Below are positions 21,484 to 32,259 of a DNA stretch of 64,000 bases, piece by piece. The notes below the pieces were generated by a model, which did no database searches, was not told where the DNA came from, and saw nothing but the letters and a program-made list of their open reading frames with translations. Numbering within the stretch: position 1 is the stretch's first letter; the number at the start of each line of letters is the position of its first letter. The translations under genes and the position numbers were made by a program. The stretch covers positions 1-64,000 of the forward strand of contig CAWBZI010000006.1 of assembly GCA_963793265.1 (NCBI GenBank), read 5' to 3'. The DNA is from an uncultured cyanobacterium (GTDB taxonomy: Bacteria > Cyanobacteriota > Cyanobacteriia > Phormidesmidales > Phormidesmidaceae).

Positions 21484-22008
21484 ATGCGACTACACAAAGG
21501 TGTAACAGGCTTTTTATCAGCAGCTTGTATCGTACTCGCCGCTCAGACTGCTGCCTCTGCTGGCCCCTTCGATAGAATCATCAACACGGTAAATGATACA
21601 AACCGTACGATTAATAGCGTAGACCGTACGATCAACGGTACGGTCTATACCATTAATAGCCTCAGCGATACGCTAGGGCTCAGTTCGGATCAGGTTAGCA
21701 GCGTGAGTGAAGCTGACTCAACTGATCAGGTTTTGGAACTGTACGAAATTTGGTACACAGATCTATCGCCCAGTGAGAAGGATACGGTATCTTGGCTGGT
21801 GATGGAGCACGCCCGTAATCAAAGCGTGTCTTTTGAGACGGTAGCCGAAAGCGACTGGTTCTTGCAAAAGTCGCCTGAAGAGCAATCTCAAGTAGCTTCT
21901 ACATTTTTCAAGCTACAGAACATCATCGACGCGACCGCTCAAGATAGGAGCCGGTTCTTGGCGTTTGCCTTTTGCGTAAACGGCGGTAGCACGACCTGCG
22001 AGGGATAG
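21484..22008 (+). CDS. secreted hypothetical protein
   Basis: Signal peptide ending AASA; C-terminal Cys pair. Confidence 0.7.
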   Translation: MRLHKGVTGFLSAACIVLAAQTAASAGPFDRIINTVNDTNRTINSVDRTINGTVYTINSLSDTLGLSSDQVSSVSEADSTDQVLELYEIWYTDLSPSEKDTVSWLVMEHARNQSVSFETVAESDWFLQKSPEEQSQVASTFFKLQNIIDATAQDRSRFLAFAFCVNGGSTTCEG

Positions 22009-22160
22009 TTACAGGTATCGCGATCACACTCCCCTAGCCCCCAACAAAAAGGAACTACGGCTCATTTGTCAATGGCTGGGGTGGGGAATTTTGCAAGCGT
22101 CGCACCTGAGTCTAAACTTATAGCATTGGCCTTCTTGCTGAACTTCAGCTTGCTTGCTAT

Positions 22161-23630
22161 ATGCGATTAGACATCAAAAGCCTAAATTTGGGCTCAGATT
22201 CGGCTGAACGCGATATTGACGTTGGCCTAGCGGACTACTTTTATCAAAACGATACGTACAACCGTTTTTTGAACGGGCGCAAGACGATCCTCGTCGGCAA
22301 TCGAGGGGCGGGCAAAAGCGCTATGTTCAAATACATCGGTGCGATAGAGCGAAAGAAAGGAAATCTTGTACTAGAGCTTTCGCCCGAGGATTATTCGTAC
22401 GAGCTGCTCTCGGAATACTTGAGGAGTGAGCAGGAAGGCTCTTGGGGAAAGCAAAGCGCCTACTCTGTCGCCTGGCAGTACTTGTTGTATAACCTAATTT
22501 TTAGAAAGATTGCTGAGAATAAAAGAGGGCTACTCATCGGCGCGCAGAAGAACATTTACAACTACATTAGCGGCAGTTCTATTGCGCAAGAAACCAGCTC
22601 TATCGGCATTTTGGTAAACTACCTGAAGCGGATAGAGCGAGTTAAAATTGAGTCTCACGAAGGCACCATTCGCGCTAATGACCTGCAATCGCTCTACGAT
22701 CTAGAAGATATTAAGGCGCTGATTCCGAGCCTGAAGAACGTTCTTAAAAATACTCGCATTACAGTATTAATCGACGAGCTAGATAAAGGATGGGACAACT
22801 CTGATGATGCCAAATACTTCATTGCAGGTTTGTTTCAGGCAACTCAAAAGATAAATCTAATCAGTCCTAAAAATCTTCGAATATATATCTCTATTCGACA
22901 AGAGCTGTTCGACAACATTCCGCAGATTTATGAGGATGCGCAGAAAATACGAGAGGATGTAGAAGTTATTCGCTGGGGTCGTAATGAGCTGCTAGAGCTG
23001 ATTGCCAGACGAATCGCCCATTCTTTTCCTGAGTCAGAAAAGCTGACGGCGGGTAAACGGTGGAAGGCAATATTCGTGTCTAAGATGGCGTCTTCTAACA
23101 TCGATTCGCTGGACTACATTATTGACAGAACACAGCTACGGCCTAGAGAGCTGCTGCAATTTTGTAAGCTGTGCGTAGAGTGCTTGGACTATTCGCTGGT
23201 GAGTAAGCGGATTGATGAACGCGCGATCGCAGCTGCCGAAGAGTCATATTCCGAACAAAAAACCCGCGATCTGGCCGCCGAATACCGCTTTCAATATCCC
23301 GCCCTGCTAGATGTGTTTGAAGTCTTTCGCGGTCAAAAGGCCCACTACAACAAAGACGATCTCGATTACGTTTTACTCTCTATTGCTGTGGGCGATATCG
23401 ACGTAGAGCGCGCCGCCCCGTGGGTATTAGGGCGCGACCATCTAGAGATAAAACAGATCTTATGGAAAATTGGCTTTATCAAGGCGCTAGTTCCTCAAAC
23501 CAATCCACACTCTAATCAGCATCACGAAGCCTATTTAGGTCACTACGAACTGCCTACAATCAACCTCGAAAACATTGATAGCTTTAGGGTTCATCCCGCC
23601 TGCACCAAGTTTTTGCATCTTAAGGACTAA
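22161..23630 (+). CDS. P-loop ATPase, Sll1717-like family
   Basis: N-terminal LGSDSAE, Walker A GNRGAGKS, Walker B VLIDELD, RPRELL. Confidence 0.78.
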   Translation: MRLDIKSLNLGSDSAERDIDVGLADYFYQNDTYNRFLNGRKTILVGNRGAGKSAMFKYIGAIERKKGNLVLELSPEDYSYELLSEYLRSEQEGSWGKQSAYSVAWQYLLYNLIFRKIAENKRGLLIGAQKNIYNYISGSSIAQETSSIGILVNYLKRIERVKIESHEGTIRANDLQSLYDLEDIKALIPSLKNVLKNTRITVLIDELDKGWDNSDDAKYFIAGLFQATQKINLISPKNLRIYISIRQELFDNIPQIYEDAQKIREDVEVIRWGRNELLELIARRIAHSFPESEKLTAGKRWKAIFVSKMASSNIDSLDYIIDRTQLRPRELLQFCKLCVECLDYSLVSKRIDERAIAAAEESYSEQKTRDLAAEYRFQYPALLDVFEVFRGQKAHYNKDDLDYVLLSIAVGDIDVERAAPWVLGRDHLEIKQILWKIGFIKALVPQTNPHSNQHHEAYLGHYELPTINLENIDSFRVHPACTKFLHLKD

Positions 23631-23638
23631 CTATTGCA

Positions 23639-24370
23639 ATGGCCCCTCACCCGTCTTGGTCGCGGCGACACGCGATTCATCAGCTCGAAAAGCGCATTCA
23701 GGCCGTTCCTACCTGGATAGTTGCGATCGCAGCCTTCCTCATTCTCGCGACCACCGTCATTTTCATCCAGCAAGACACCGAATCTGGCCCGATGGCTCCG
23801 CGCAAAGTTCTCAAGCTGATTCTCAACGATGCTGAAGCGATCGCCCTAGCGATCGCCGTCATCCTCTACATCAAAGCCGCCCCCGACCGCAAAACCCAAA
23901 AGCACTACGAAGCCTGGCGCGTCATCGACACCGCCGCTGCCGCCAATGTCACCACCAGCTACGCCCGCTACCAGGCCCTATTGGACTTGCACCGCGACGG
24001 TGTACCGCTCAAGTGGCTAGAAGCGCCCAAGGCTAACCTCACAGGCATCGCCCTTCCCTACGCTAACCTGCAGTGCTGCAACCTATCGGGCACGAACCTA
24101 TCGGGCGCAAACCTACGCGGAGCCGATCTTCAGGGCGCAAACTTAGCCGGGGCCGATCTGAGTCAGGCCGATCTTTTTGGCAGCAACCTCACCGCTGCCG
24201 ACTTGCGAGCGGCTACCCTACGAGGCACCGTGCTTTGGGAAGCTAACCTGTGGGAAACAGACTTTTCTAATGCCGAAATGCGCTGGGCTGACGTTCACCA
24301 AGAACAGCTAGACGGCGCTAGGCTAAGCCAAACTGTCTTACCCGATGGCAGCGTTCACGAGGCGCTATGA
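23639..24370 (+). CDS. membrane-anchored pentapeptide repeat protein
   Basis: Two TM segments followed by A(N/D)LxG repeats. Confidence 0.88.
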   Translation: MAPHPSWSRRHAIHQLEKRIQAVPTWIVAIAAFLILATTVIFIQQDTESGPMAPRKVLKLILNDAEAIALAIAVILYIKAAPDRKTQKHYEAWRVIDTAAAANVTTSYARYQALLDLHRDGVPLKWLEAPKANLTGIALPYANLQCCNLSGTNLSGANLRGADLQGANLAGADLSQADLFGSNLTAADLRAATLRGTVLWEANLWETDFSNAEMRWADVHQEQLDGARLSQTVLPDGSVHEAL

Positions 24371-25191
24371 TAGAACACTCAAGCCAGCCTAAAGCCGCAC
24401 AAAGACGCAGCGATCGCATGAAAATCTTCTTTTGGGCTTCCCCTCCCCATATTCCTAATCAGCCCCTCATCTATACCATTGCGCTAATAATCTCTCTTAT
24501 CAGCCTCCTCGGCTTCACCGCCCCAGCCCTAGCGTACACATCCAATAGAGCGAGCGGTGAGAGCTACCGGCAGAACCTACCGCGACTGCGCTCAGATAGT
24601 GCACGTTCAACGCCTAACGTCGCAGCGCCCGTACAGATACCAGAAGAAGCACCTGCTGATATTATTATCATTGTTGAACCCCTGCCAGAGCCGATAGAGG
24701 CGGTAGAGGCGGTAGAGCCGATAGAGGCGGTAGAGATTTTTATCGAACCGATTGAATCAATTGAACCGATTGAAGAAATAGAACAGAAGGAAGCAGTGCG
24801 ATCGCCTCGCGACCCTTATGAAATCATCGAAGCAGCCTTACAGAATAGCGATCTGGCTGAGAATCCTTTTCAGACACTCTTTAAAGCAGACTATGTAGAG
24901 CGAACAGGGCCTTTTGTTCAACCGGAATGGAGCGATCGCATCGCCCAACTGCGCACCTCAGCCCGCCAGCAGCCTGCGCGCCTCAGCCGCACCTTTAAGC
25001 AGTTCAAAGCAGCCGGTCGAAAGCCTTTAGCCGCTCTAGAGTCTCCAACCCAAGGCATTCGCCAACATTTTGGGCGAATTCAACAGCAGATAAAGGCCGA
25101 GATAGTTAGATTGCTAAATTATGCCGAAACAACAGCTCACAGAACTGCCGTACAGATAGAACGTACTGAGAACAATACTCCTAAGGGATAG
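24367..25191 (+). CDS. hypothetical protein with acidic E-P-I/E-A-V tripeptide repeats
   Basis: ATGA overlap with the previous gene; TM/signal segment; 9-bp repeats at about 24688-24780. Confidence 0.6.
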   Translation: MIEHSSQPKAAQRRSDRMKIFFWASPPHIPNQPLIYTIALIISLISLLGFTAPALAYTSNRASGESYRQNLPRLRSDSARSTPNVAAPVQIPEEAPADIIIIVEPLPEPIEAVEAVEPIEAVEIFIEPIESIEPIEEIEQKEAVRSPRDPYEIIEAALQNSDLAENPFQTLFKADYVERTGPFVQPEWSDRIAQLRTSARQQPARLSRTFKQFKAAGRKPLAALESPTQGIRQHFGRIQQQIKAEIVRLLNYAETTAHRTAVQIERTENNTPKG

Positions 25192-25256
25192 TATCCTCTC
25201 CTTACATACCGCAAAATCTATCGCTGTAGTGACAGTTATCAGCAAACGGATACTCT

Positions 25257-25880
25257 ATGGTTGCTGATGCACTTATTTTCGGTAGCACCTGCCGACAGCA
25301 TCAAATGGATGACTACTCACTGGCAACCACTATTTTTGGCGACTGGAGCAGCATAATCCATACGTTAGTAGCAGGCACACTGTCGTACTTTGGCCTAATT
25401 GCTTGGCTACGCATATCAGGCAAACGCACCCTGTCCAAATGGAACAGCTTTGATTTTGTTGTAACCATTGCGTTAGGGTCTATTTTAGCAAGCGTTCTAC
25501 TCACCAAAAGTATCTCCTTCGTTCAGTGCATGGTTGCAATTGGTCTATTGGTTTTCTTCCAATTTGCAATTACCTGGATCTCAGTACGCTCTGATATTAT
25601 TCAGCGCTTAGTTAAAGCAGAGCCTACGCTTTTGCTGTTTAAAGGAGAAATGCAAGAGCAGATCATGGTAGATAAAAGAGTCGCTAAAGGAGAGGTATTA
25701 GCGGCTATTAGGCTCAACGGTAACGCTAGTGTAGAAGAAGTCGATGCCGTTATTCTAGAAACCGACGGTACCTTCAGCGTTATTCAGAAGATAGATTTGG
25801 CGAACGCGACAGCCATGCGAGACGTTAGAGGCTTTAGAGACAACGCGGTTGCCTACGCTAGTGCCAATCAATCTTCATAA
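25257..25880 (+). CDS. DUF421/YetF-family membrane protein
   Basis: SGKRTLSKWNSFDFVV and ILETDGTFSV motifs; start may be 25305. Confidence 0.88.
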   Translation: MVADALIFGSTCRQHQMDDYSLATTIFGDWSSIIHTLVAGTLSYFGLIAWLRISGKRTLSKWNSFDFVVTIALGSILASVLLTKSISFVQCMVAIGLLVFFQFAITWISVRSDIIQRLVKAEPTLLLFKGEMQEQIMVDKRVAKGEVLAAIRLNGNASVEEVDAVILETDGTFSVIQKIDLANATAMRDVRGFRDNAVAYASANQSS

Positions 25881-26002
25881 GAAACCTCTTTCTAACGATT
25901 GTGCTGCTATTGAGGTATGACTCTCTTTTGATGGATTCTAGCCTTCTGTTAGCCTCTCTATACTGGGCGAGGCAGATTAATCCGAAAGGAGACTTTGAAA
26001 AC

Positions 26003-26530
26003 ATGAATAAATCAAAAGGCATACTAAACCGCCTGAAGCGAGTATTTATTGCAGGCTTGGTAAGCTTGGGTTTGAGCGCTAGCCTGTTGAGCTTTGGCGC
26101 ACCTGCTTTTGCAGCAGATGCCAATGACTACTATGGCAACGAGCGCGGCTCTATTCAGGGCACTGAGCGCTACGACCAAATTCAGCCTGAGCAAGGCGGA
26201 ATGAACAACTTTGATGCCGTCGATCCTCGGCGCGACACCAAAGCTGTTGAAGCAAGGTCGCAAGAGCTGATTGATACGGCTAAGCGTAGAAAAGCACAGG
26301 CCGACGATCCGCTGGAGCCTGCCAGAGAAGCCATTGGCGATCTTAAAGACAAGATAGTTGGGACTGCTTCTGATGTAGCAGACGATGCCAAAGGCGTCGC
26401 TAAAGATGCGGGTCGTTCTGTTAAGAACGCGGGTAGAGATATGGCTGACGATATGAACGATGGTTCTTTCAAAGCGACTGGCGGTAACCTTGATAAAGAC
26501 GGTAGACTTCCTAACCAGACTAAGCGTTAG
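26003..26530 (+). CDS. secreted hydrophilic LEA/CsbD-like stress protein
   Basis: AAGGAG RBS, signal peptide (AFAA), 11-mer-like amphipathic repeats. Confidence 0.65.
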   Translation: MNKSKGILNRLKRVFIAGLVSLGLSASLLSFGAPAFAADANDYYGNERGSIQGTERYDQIQPEQGGMNNFDAVDPRRDTKAVEARSQELIDTAKRRKAQADDPLEPAREAIGDLKDKIVGTASDVADDAKGVAKDAGRSVKNAGRDMADDMNDGSFKATGGNLDKDGRLPNQTKR

Positions 26531-26585
26531 AAACAATTGTTCTTTTGCAGCCATTCGCCATTATCGTTAAAGCTGCACATAAGCG

Positions 26586-26627
26586 AAAAACCCCTCTTTA
26601 CCTGATAGTAGGTAAAGAGGGGTTTTT
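26586..26627. terminator. bidirectional terminator
   Basis: AAAAACCCCTCTTTACCT...AGGTAAAGAGGGGTTTTT between convergent genes. Confidence 0.85.
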
Positions 26628-26672
26628 AGTGAGAACGAACAAGAGTTTTCGAGCAGCATCTGAATACTAAAG

Positions 26673-28916
26673 TCATTCCGAATCGGGCGGCGCTAGTTCA
26701 AGATTCCTAAGCCCATTGTCATCACGAATATCTAGAGGCGATCGCTCAAGCTCTCGAACCGGCGGACGACGCGATTCCTCAATTTGGCGCAGGGTTTCTC
26801 GCCAGTTCTTGATTCTGACCTGAGCAGGGCCATAGGCTTCTGCCTGTGAAGGAATCTGGCCCGCTAAGGAAATAGCCGTTTCGATATTACGATTCGCGGC
26901 TGCCTCTGCTTGCCGCATCAAATCCCAGCTCCAGTTATTGATCTGAACATCAGCACTGCCCCGGCTATCGCTTTGAGCCGGTACCCGCTGCGCAGTCGCG
27001 ATCGCACTCACCAAAGAATCCGCATCCCCGCGCGAGGCAATATCCGCCGCCTCGCTCAGCCGCGCCCGTCCGCTCTCCTGCGCCTGCCAACCTGCAATAT
27101 CATCCTGCGCCGCTCTATACAAAGACCGGCCTTCACCAATTCGGTTCGCGATCGCGATCGCTCCACTCAGGTCACCCGTCCGCGCCCGCGCCCGCGCCTG
27201 ATCCAAAGCAGGCTGATCCTCAATCCGCTGAATCCGCTCCGTCCAGTTGTCCACCCGCTCGCCCGCCTCTTGAGAAAGCGATCGCCCAGACGAAATTTTG
27301 CGTGCCTCTTGAATCGCCGCCCGCAAGCTATCAGGCGTACCCGCTGAGGCAAGCTGATCGGCTCGCTCCAAAATAGGCCGGTCTTGCACCGTCTCCACGC
27401 GCGTCTGCCAGCGTCCAATTTGAGTAGACGCCTCCTCCCACTGCGGCGAATTTTGCGACACCTGCCGGGCCACGCTAATCGCCGCCGTCAAATCGCCCGT
27501 ACTGCCTCGGCTCGCTCGCTCTTTGGCCTGTTGTAGATAAGCCACATTCTGCAATTCGCCCTGCCACTGCGCAATCAATCGCTGCCCTTTCGCGTAGCCG
27601 GGCCGATTTTTACCCAGCCCCTGCATCCGCTTAATCGCGTTTTCTAAGCCGCCAACCGTACCGCTCCAAGCCTGCTGATAAGCCGTTACAAAAATCTGAA
27701 AGTCAGCAATTTCCTTATCCAGGCCCGTATCCCGAGGAATCGCAGAGAGCATCGCCTGTGCATCAGACACCTGCCGGTCAGCTAGCAAATCCTCGCCTGC
27801 CTTCAGCATTTGCTTAGCAATATCCTTTCGCTGCCCCTGAGCTTCACCATAAAAAACGCTGTCTTCGGTAATCTCCTTTAGCTTTTTGAGCGCTTCTGTA
27901 AAGCCTTTCACCGTGCCTTCTTTCACCAGCCCCAGCGCCTGCGACATCTTACGGCTGTCGTCTCTAGCCTGACTAATTAGCTTAGTGAGTTCGTTATATT
28001 TCGTCGTAGACCAAAACTTATTGCGCACGTCCAGTAGCGCTACTGAAAGGGTAAAAGCCGACTGAAAGTTCTTCTCTTTTAGCTTAGTAACTGCCGAGTC
28101 AAAGTTCTCTTCGCCCTCTTTCCAGATCTTTTGCCAGCGCTCGATGCGCGCCTCAACCAGCTCTGCTGCCGCCGTTTTAGTCGGAATTTGTTGAGCTGAA
28201 GAAATGGCTTTTTCCAAGTCGCCTTCTTCAAAAGAACGCTCAGCCAAGTCTAGAATCTGCGTCGCCCAGCCTTCAATCCGGTTGTCGATGTCGTAGCGCA
28301 AAGGATGGTCTTCAGGGAGCTGATCGACCAGGGCGACCGCTGCCAGCAGATTCTTCACGTCCCCCTCGTTGGCATAGGTTTCAGCGCACTGGAGCCGCAG
28401 AGAAGCAGAAGCCGTTGGCCAAAAAACCGCCCGACAGTTCGGCAGGCTAGGAATCCGAAACAGGCTCACAATCGCAGTCGTGCCCGCCGTGCCTAAAACG
28501 CCGAAAATTACCAGCACAAAGATCGGCCATTTTCGCAGCCAGCCCGTCCCCGCCAGCGAAGAACTCGGCGCAGCATTGCCCGCTCCGATAGGCAGTTTGG
28601 CATACGGCTTTTGCGGCTGATTTGACTGAAACTGACCTGACTGAAAACCTGACTGAGAACCTGAGGGTGGCTGCTTAGGCAAAGGAATATCCGTACGACT
28701 AAAGCGAGGGTTGGGCGTGGTGTTTTGAAAAGACCTCTGAAAAGAACCCTGAGGTGGCTTGGGGCTAGGCAGTTTTGGGCTAGGTAGGGTTGCAGGCGGT
28801 TCTAGGCGAATGTCTGAGCGAGTAGAATTCCGGGCAGCGTCTTGCGCAGTCGAACCCTTTAGGGGTCTACCTTCGCCAGCGTGCAAACGGTCGTCATCGT
28901 CAAATTTCGATGCCAT
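26673..28916 (-). CDS. conserved cyanobacterial single-TM protein with helical (TPR-like) repeats
   Basis: Pro/Ser-rich N-terminus, TM, CxxxFWPTASASLRLxC motif, repeated 'AIxxAxxI...AxxxIxxW' units. Confidence 0.8.
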   Translation of the reverse strand: MASKFDDDDRLHAGEGRPLKGSTAQDAARNSTRSDIRLEPPATLPSPKLPSPKPPQGSFQRSFQNTTPNPRFSRTDIPLPKQPPSGSQSGFQSGQFQSNQPQKPYAKLPIGAGNAAPSSSLAGTGWLRKWPIFVLVIFGVLGTAGTTAIVSLFRIPSLPNCRAVFWPTASASLRLQCAETYANEGDVKNLLAAVALVDQLPEDHPLRYDIDNRIEGWATQILDLAERSFEEGDLEKAISSAQQIPTKTAAAELVEARIERWQKIWKEGEENFDSAVTKLKEKNFQSAFTLSVALLDVRNKFWSTTKYNELTKLISQARDDSRKMSQALGLVKEGTVKGFTEALKKLKEITEDSVFYGEAQGQRKDIAKQMLKAGEDLLADRQVSDAQAMLSAIPRDTGLDKEIADFQIFVTAYQQAWSGTVGGLENAIKRMQGLGKNRPGYAKGQRLIAQWQGELQNVAYLQQAKERASRGSTGDLTAAISVARQVSQNSPQWEEASTQIGRWQTRVETVQDRPILERADQLASAGTPDSLRAAIQEARKISSGRSLSQEAGERVDNWTERIQRIEDQPALDQARARARTGDLSGAIAIANRIGEGRSLYRAAQDDIAGWQAQESGRARLSEAADIASRGDADSLVSAIATAQRVPAQSDSRGSADVQINNWSWDLMRQAEAAANRNIETAISLAGQIPSQAEAYGPAQVRIKNWRETLRQIEESRRPPVRELERSPLDIRDDNGLRNLELAPPDSE

Positions 28917-29148
28917 ATCTGTCCTAGCGATCGCGTCTCATCAAACCGTCTTAATCAAACTCCGGCCAACCAACATCGCGCCAAACCGTCATATCAAAAT
29001 TCACCGTTCCGAACACATTACCCGGAAAAACGATTCGACTAAACAGTTATCCCAATAGCGACATCAATCCAAATTGTAACAATTGATAGACATTAACAGA
29101 GCGTCAAAGTAGTTGCAGCCGCAAAAAGGCCCACTCCCAAGCGAATTA

Positions 29149-30369
29149 TCAAATTTTGAGCACCTGCACACGTTCTCCTGACGATATCTGCGTTTCACCT
29201 ATCGGGACTCTGCCTAAGCCGCTAGTATTTGCTAGATTCACTAGATTTCCAGAACTATGACTGCCTGCCGCTCGGCTGAATTCATACCCATCAGCGCCCG
29301 CTACTAGCTGCCCCCACAGATACGTCTCGCGCTGCCCACCTGCTGTTAACGCTGTCATCGCTTTAGCCCACACAAAATCTGGTGACCAAGGCCCTTCTCG
29401 CCCCGATAGCTTTGCGATCGCCGGAGCCACAAACCGCCAAAAGCTGACCATTGCCGAAGCTGGATTGCCTGGGAGCCCAAAGTAAAGCGGCTTCCCAGCA
29501 GACTGAGGCTCCTTAAAACTCGCCACCGTCAGCGGCTTCCCTGGCTTCACCGCCACCGAGCGAATATGCAGCACGCCGCCCAACTCCTCCAGCACACTAT
29601 CGACAAAATCGTAGTCGCCTACCGACACCCCGCCTGAGGAGATCACCATATCGGCCTCAGCCAGCGCAGTCGCGATCGCCCCTTTTACCGCGTTCCGCTC
29701 ATCTGCCACAATTCCCATCGGCAGTGCCACTGCTCCCGTCTGCCTCACCAGCGCCGCTAGTGCGTACTGATTAGAATCCACAATCTGTCCTGGCCGCAGA
29801 GTTTGGTCAGGCTCAACCAGCTCGCTACCTGTTGAAATAATCGCCACTTTAGGCCGACGATATACTGATATTTGTGCCTGCTGAGCAGCGGCCAGAAGCG
29901 CTGTTTCCGCAGGTGCAATTGCCCGACCTGTCCTTAGTAACGTATCTCCTGATTTTAGAAAGCTGCCGCGCGATCGCACAAAATTCTTAGCCTCACAAGC
30001 CTTCAAAATTTTCACGACATCGCCTTCTCTATCAGTCTCCTCCTGCATCACCACCGCATCGGCCCCCTGTGGCATCATCGCCCCAGTCAAAATCCGCGCC
30101 GCCTGCCCTGCGCCAACCCCCTTCGTCGGCACCCGCCCCGCCGGAATTTCCTCAATCACCTGCAACGTCACCGGCACCTGCTGCACATCACCCGCACGCA
30201 CCGCATAGCCATCCATCGCTGAGTTATCCCAGTGCGGAAAATCCAGCCCGCTGCGCACATCCGCCGCCAGTACGCGACCCAAGCTCTCAGCCAACCCGAC
30301 CGTTTCCACCGCCTCAATGGAAGTAACCAACGTAAAGATTAACCTTTCAGCTTCAGCCGCAGAGAACAT
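29149..30369 (-). CDS. moeA: molybdopterin molybdotransferase
   Basis: NSAMDGYA, ISTGSEL, SGGVSVGDYD, KPGKP and LPGNP motifs. Confidence 0.95.
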   Translation of the reverse strand: MFSAAEAERLIFTLVTSIEAVETVGLAESLGRVLAADVRSGLDFPHWDNSAMDGYAVRAGDVQQVPVTLQVIEEIPAGRVPTKGVGAGQAARILTGAMMPQGADAVVMQEETDREGDVVKILKACEAKNFVRSRGSFLKSGDTLLRTGRAIAPAETALLAAAQQAQISVYRRPKVAIISTGSELVEPDQTLRPGQIVDSNQYALAALVRQTGAVALPMGIVADERNAVKGAIATALAEADMVISSGGVSVGDYDFVDSVLEELGGVLHIRSVAVKPGKPLTVASFKEPQSAGKPLYFGLPGNPASAMVSFWRFVAPAIAKLSGREGPWSPDFVWAKAMTALTAGGQRETYLWGQLVAGADGYEFSRAAGSHSSGNLVNLANTSGLGRVPIGETQISSGERVQVLKI

Positions 30370-30485
30370 AACTAGAGACAATGAACAACAGGTCGCAATC
30401 GTAGATCACATCGCAAATTTTATCCCGCTCTATTGCAGTTCTTCGCTAAAACAAGAAGTAGCGCTATCGGTTCAAAAAAAATTCT

Positions 30486-31910
30486 ATGCAAACTATTCCC
30501 TCACGCATCGTTAAGCCTGCCCATAGCGATCGCAAAGCCGCTCCAACGCTAGCCGACACCCTCAAATCCCGCCGCCAGCGCCTGGCCCAAATTATTGACT
30601 TCCCCGTCTTACTCTGGTCAGGCACTGCCAAACCCCGAAACTTCGCCGCCAATATCTATCCCTACCGAGCCAGCAGCCACTTCCTTTATTTCGCCGGGCT
30701 CCCCTTAGAAAACGCCGCCATCCGCATTGAAGGCAAACAGCTCACCCTGTTTATGGATGACACCACGCCCGAAGACGCCCTCTGGCACGGCCCCAGTCCC
30801 AGCCGCGACGAAATCGCCCAGCGCATCGGTGCCAGCGCGGCCTATCCCCTCAGCGAGCTAGCCAATTTAGCCCTGGGCACTGCCACGCTGGGAGAAGACG
30901 ATGAAACCGTCAAAAGCTTAGAGCGAGCTATGCTGAAAAGAGGGATTGTCATACCCCGCCATCATCCCCGCGGCGACCAGGATTTTGAGAAGGCCATCGT
31001 GCAGCTCAGAATGATTCAGGACGAAGGGGCGATCGCCTCTATCCGCAAAGCGATCGCCGTTACCGTATCCGCCCACAAAGCAGGCATGGCCATCACCCGG
31101 CAGGCCAAAACCGAAGCCCACATTCGCGCCACGATGGAAGCGGTGATTATGGGTCAAAACATGGCCTGCGCCTACGGCAGCATTGTTACCGTCGCAGGCG
31201 AAGTGCTGCACAACCATCACTATCACAACCCTGTCCGCTCAGGCGATTTGCTCTTGGCCGACGTAGGCGCAGAAACCACTAACGGCTGGGCTTCAGATAT
31301 CACCCGCACCTGGCCTGTCAGCGGCAAATTCTCACCCACACAGCGCGATCTATATGACATCGTGCTGGCCGCTCACGACTTCTGCATTGAAAAAGCAAAG
31401 CCCGGCGCAGAGTACAGGCAAATTCACTTCATCGCCTGCCAAATTATTGCAGCCGGACTCGTAGAACTCGGCATCTTAAAAGGTGATCCAGAAGATTTGG
31501 TCGCTCAAGACGCACACGCACTGTTCTTTCCACACGGCGTAGGGCATTTGATGGGGTTAGACGTTCATGATATGGAAGATTTGGGCGATTTGTCAGGCTA
31601 TGGAGCCGGGAGAGAGAGAAGCGATCGCTTTGGCCTAGCTTTCCTCAGACTCGATCGCACTTTAGAAGTCGGGATGGCGGTCACGATTGAGCCAGGGTTT
31701 TATCAGGTGCCTGCGATTTTGAACGATCAGAAGAATCGCGATCGCTACGCTGATATGATCGACTTTGAACGTCTTGAACAGTTCTCAGACGTACGTGGCA
31801 TTCGTATAGAAGACGATATTCTGATTACCGAACAAGGCAACGATGTGCTCAGCAGGGAGCTGCCAACCACCGCTGCTGACATTGAATCTTTAGTTCAAGG
31901 AACAGTTTAA
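30486..31910 (+). CDS. aminopeptidase P family (Xaa-Pro) metallopeptidase
   Basis: SDITRT, HGVGHLMGLDVHD, TIEPG and GIRIEDD motifs. Confidence 0.92.
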   Translation: MQTIPSRIVKPAHSDRKAAPTLADTLKSRRQRLAQIIDFPVLLWSGTAKPRNFAANIYPYRASSHFLYFAGLPLENAAIRIEGKQLTLFMDDTTPEDALWHGPSPSRDEIAQRIGASAAYPLSELANLALGTATLGEDDETVKSLERAMLKRGIVIPRHHPRGDQDFEKAIVQLRMIQDEGAIASIRKAIAVTVSAHKAGMAITRQAKTEAHIRATMEAVIMGQNMACAYGSIVTVAGEVLHNHHYHNPVRSGDLLLADVGAETTNGWASDITRTWPVSGKFSPTQRDLYDIVLAAHDFCIEKAKPGAEYRQIHFIACQIIAAGLVELGILKGDPEDLVAQDAHALFFPHGVGHLMGLDVHDMEDLGDLSGYGAGRERSDRFGLAFLRLDRTLEVGMAVTIEPGFYQVPAILNDQKNRDRYADMIDFERLEQFSDVRGIRIEDDILITEQGNDVLSRELPTTAADIESLVQGTV

Positions 31911-31915
31911 GCGTC

Positions 31916-31950
31916 AGAGCAGGCGGAGCCACGAAAGCGCCGCCTGCTCT
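31916..31950. terminator. hairpin between convergent genes
   Basis: AGAGCAGGCGG...CCGCCTGCTCT perfect 11-bp stem. Confidence 0.6.
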
Positions 31951-31968
31951 CAATAACAACCGCTGAGA

Positions 31969-32259
31969 CTACTGCTTAAACGGATCATATTCAGCCAACA
32001 ATCTCTCTAGCTTAGCCTCATCAATCCGGCTCATCATCGTTTTAGATTCTTCTACATCTCGAATTGTTTTCGATAGACTCACCGTAGAAGCAACAGAAAA
32101 CACCACGCCCATTCCCATGTATCCCTTTAGCCAATTACTGCCAGGAATATAAAGGACACCAATAATTGTTGCCGTGATTGAGAGTACGAACGACAAGTAA
32201 GTTTGTGCGATCCAGGCGCTAGTGTGCGGGCTACCGTTCGCTAGTTTTTTGTTGCTCAT
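31969..32259 (-). CDS. YiaA/YiaB-family two-TM protein
   Basis: KGYMGMG...SLSKTIRD motif; AGAGG RBS. Confidence 0.82.
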   Translation of the reverse strand: MSNKKLANGSPHTSAWIAQTYLSFVLSITATIIGVLYIPGSNWLKGYMGMGVVFSVASTVSLSKTIRDVEESKTMMSRIDEAKLERLLAEYDPFKQ

